Origin: Anthoceros angustus
Taxonomy: Eukaryota; Plantae; Anthocerotophyta
Direction: 5' to 3'
Length of the DNA stretch: 11,025 nt
NCBI GenBank assembly: GCA_010909165.1
Contig: VJWM01000422.1
Span: forward strand, 1-11,025
Position 1 is the stretch's first letter; every line of letters starts with the position of its first letter. The translations under genes were made by a program, and so were the position numbers. The notes below the pieces were generated by a model. The model saw only the letters and a program-made list of their open reading frames with translations, was not told the DNA's origin and searched no databases. This document shows, one piece after another, positions 8,732-11,025 of the stretch.

Positions 8732-9740
8732 ATGAATCGAGCAGGGAAGGGCAAGGGAAAGGAACCGCCGGCCAAGGGTTCCTCCTCAAGAGGAAGAAAA
8801 GGAAAGAAGGCAGCAGTGGAGGCTGCGCCGCCAGGAGGGGGTGAGGTCGAGATGCCCCAATTCACTTGTTTTGCGGGACAACTCAACCCCCGCGATTTGG
8901 TGGATTTTCGGCAAAGAAGTGAGGAACATAACATCCAATGGGTGGGTGGCCGCCAATGGCCTACACCAATTTGGAGTTGATTGAGGAGTGTTACATCAAC
9001 CTCCATCAATCGGGCAGCCCTTGCCCATGAGCAGAGAGGAATGCCTTGACCGATCACTGGACGCAGTCAAGCATTCGGCTGTGTATGGAAGGTCGGAGGA
9101 GGAGAGCTCAGAATCGCCTCCCCGAGAGGACAAATGGAGGGAAGAGGATTGCCCCTGAAATTCCTCGGAGGTCCTCGACATGATGGACGGAGGAGTGAAG
9201 GCCCACGCAAGAATGGTCGGAAGACGGAGCATCAAGGAGGAAGTGGAGGCTCTTGCTAAGATTGTGTTAGTTGGTAAATTATCGCCGGACTTTTATTTCG
9301 CACCAACTTCCGCAATTTTTGTGGAAGATTTCGAGAGGGGCCAAGGCAGGGCACCATGTATGAGGCCCACATCCATCAAGGTGGAGAAGCTCCTTAGGCC
9401 AAATTCGGTGGATGAGGAAGGGCCAAGGCCCTGTTATCTTAGCACCTATTTGGTGCATTTGTGGGAGACCGAGGGGCTCCTCACCAGCAAGGACCTGGAG
9501 GATGCTTAGCATCCTTCGGAAATAATTCACCTCCAGCCAAGTTTAGAGAGGCCTTTGCCTTTCGCTTTGAGGAAGACGACGGGAGGTCAGACCTCCACAA
9601 GCACGCCAGGGCCAAGGGCGGAGGAAGTAGAGGCAACGAGGTTGCCGGAGTGGGAAGTCTTTCCTCCCAAGAGCGAGGAAGAAGAGGAGCGAGATCCGAG
9701 AGGGCCGGATGGTAGTCTCACGAAAGGAGGACTACCATGA
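8732..9740 (+). mobile_element. Degenerate, frameshifted purine-rich ORF, probably an LTR-retrotransposon (Ty3/gypsy-type) accessory ORF
   Basis: Successive open segments: MNRAGKGKGKEPPAKGSS.. (basic low-complexity start), YTNLELIEECYINL (8962-9003; cf. the YPxLVREFYANL-type motif of plant retroelement accessory ORFs), EALAKIVLVGK..PCYLSTYLVHLWETEGLL (9180-9509), then an E/R/G-rich tail. No RT, RNase H or integrase motifs were seen. Confidence 0.45.
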
Positions 9741-10044
9741 GGGGGTGACAGCCCAAGGGTGGAGGAGTCCCCACCATTTCGCGGGTGCCTAGGGAAGAGG
9801 CACTCGCACCGGTGGAAGACCACATGTACACTAACCCTCCTCGACCGTTGGTTTGAATGTTTTTTGTTTTTCTTATGTTTTGTGTGATGGAGTGCTTAGG
9901 AAATGTCCGAGGCAAGGCCTTTTATATTAAAATGGTGGTTGGCCCATGACAATATTACTTTTACAAATAATTAGTCCTTGGGCCTCGAACTGTGAATATC
10001 GTGCTAGAAGGTCCTTGACCTTGGGATTTTAGGAATAAAATTGT

Positions 10045-10053
10045 CTATATAAG
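10045..10053 (+). promoter_or_regulatory. TATA-like motif CTATATAAG, possibly the promoter of an LTR
   Basis: ctatataaggtggggatccttcattc sits in an AT-richer stretch downstream of the degenerate ORF. LTR boundaries could not be identified. Confidence 0.3.
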
Positions 10054-10243
10054 GTGGGGATCCTTCATTCAAAGAATGGGGCCTGTGAACAAGTGGAGAC
10101 GCCTGCACCGAGAAGTTCAAGAAGCTAGCGGAGAGGTATAAGCGGAGAGAGGTGAGGCTAGGCTGTGGTCAAGAGAGAGGCAAAACCCAAGAAGGTAGAG
10201 CAACCACCAGCATAGTTGGTAAACAACACTGCTAGAAGCAGCT

Positions 10244-10305
10244 ACCACGGTGGTGGAGCCACCACCGTCATGGCGCACCACGGTGGTGGAGCCGCCATCG
10301 TCATG
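10244..10305 (+). repeat. 33-bp-period tandem duplication, each copy containing an inverted repeat
   Basis: accacggtggtggagccaccaccgtcatg (10244-10272) and accacggtggtggagccgccatcgtcatg (10277-10305). Confidence 0.9.
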
Positions 10306-10348
10306 AAGAAGGACCCAAGGTGGGGAAGCCACCGCCGAGCGAGAGGGG

Positions 10349-10687
10349 ATGCAACCCCTCAGATTCCGTGAAGCAACCAGCCGGATTGTCCATGAGCCGG
10401 CATACCCTTCACAAAGTGTTGTGCTCGAGGAAATGAGCAAGGCGGAGGCTAGAGCATGGATGGAGGAACGACTGCTTGGCTGTCCAAAGGACGTACAGGC
10501 ATTCGCTGCCGAGCGAACAGCCCGCTGCCGGCAGTCGCCCTCACCACCAAGTATCTCCGCGGTCGATGAGGCGATCGCCGCGAAGGAAAGGGGCCGCGCC
10601 GCGCTGGCGGTGAAGCTCGGGTACCCCGAAGTGCTTGGCGGGTGGTTCGGCGTTTTGGGGTCGGTTCGACCGGGCCGGCGAAGGTGA
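10349..10687 (+). CDS. Unassigned 112-aa ORF, possibly retroelement-derived or non-coding
   Basis: Open frame from the ORF track with a plausible helical stretch (EARAWMEERLL..DEAIAAKERGRAAL). No family motif was recognised. Confidence 0.2.
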   Translation: MQPLRFREATSRIVHEPAYPSQSVVLEEMSKAEARAWMEERLLGCPKDVQAFAAERTARCRQSPSPPSISAVDEAIAAKERGRAALAVKLGYPEVLGGWFGVLGSVRPGRRR

Positions 10688-10730
10688 CGGGTCACCGAAA
10701 CGAAGATGACCGGCGGCGGGCACGAGTTCA

Positions 10731-11025
10731 TCACCGGTTGGGGACTGACGCCACCCGCTGGTACTCGCTAACTCGTCCGACAAACTCGTCCGCATCCCCG
10801 GCGATGCCCGCGGGCATGGTCGTGGTCCATCCGTCGCCGAAGTTGAACGGCAGTCGGATGGCAAGCGCCGGTCGGCGGTGAGGCGAAGATCACGGCCAGG
10901 GTGCAGCACGCACACGGCGTGCGGGAATGGCGTCGAGTGGGCGGTCGAAGTTCGCCGCGGCACCACGCGCGAGCGGTAGCCACGGGCGTCGCAGGGCCGA
11001 AGGCCGCGACCCCGACCCGTTCGAC
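10731..11025 (-). CDS. Probable 3' end of a frameshifted GC-rich coding sequence running off the window; product unknown
   Basis: An ATG-less open frame 10889-10731 reads ..RRPALAIRLPFNFGDGWTTTMPAGIAGDADEFVGRVSEYQRVASVPNR* with strong G/C at third positions. Upstream coding-like pieces (NFDRPLDAIP, LAVIFA) lie in other frames. The + ORF 10642-10881 looks like its antisense shadow. Confidence 0.35.

Noticed and set aside
10072-10090. Purine run followed by TGT as a PPT/LTR start (a similar case lies near 8003-8021)
   Set aside because: The purine tracts are interrupted and no matching LTR lies in the window.

Overview
This looks like plant nuclear DNA rich in transposon remnants; no prokaryotic features were found. 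(1) 181-~1200 is a dead Ty1/copia integrase with its SH3 C-terminus and INT-RT linker on +. A short inverted integrase fragment from a different copia copy sits at 1501-1583. (2) 1575-7734 is a head-to-tail array of about 2.5 units of ~2.45 kb. Each full unit carries, on the - strand, an apparently intronless papain-family (C1A) cysteine protease gene: leader, I29 prodomain with an ERFNIN-type motif, QGTCGCCWAF, SLSEQE, DYPY, LDH and RNQWGTSWGE. The ORF track misses these genes because both copies are broken by many small indels. These are mostly not shared between copies, so the sequence may be error-rich rather than truly pseudogenised. (3) ~8730-9740 is a degenerate purine-rich ORF resembling LTR-retrotransposon accessory ORFs, followed by a TATA-like motif and a hairpin-forming 33-bp duplication. 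(4) The window ends in a ~70% GC tail with a probable frameshifted coding fragment on -. All translations and alignments were done by eye.
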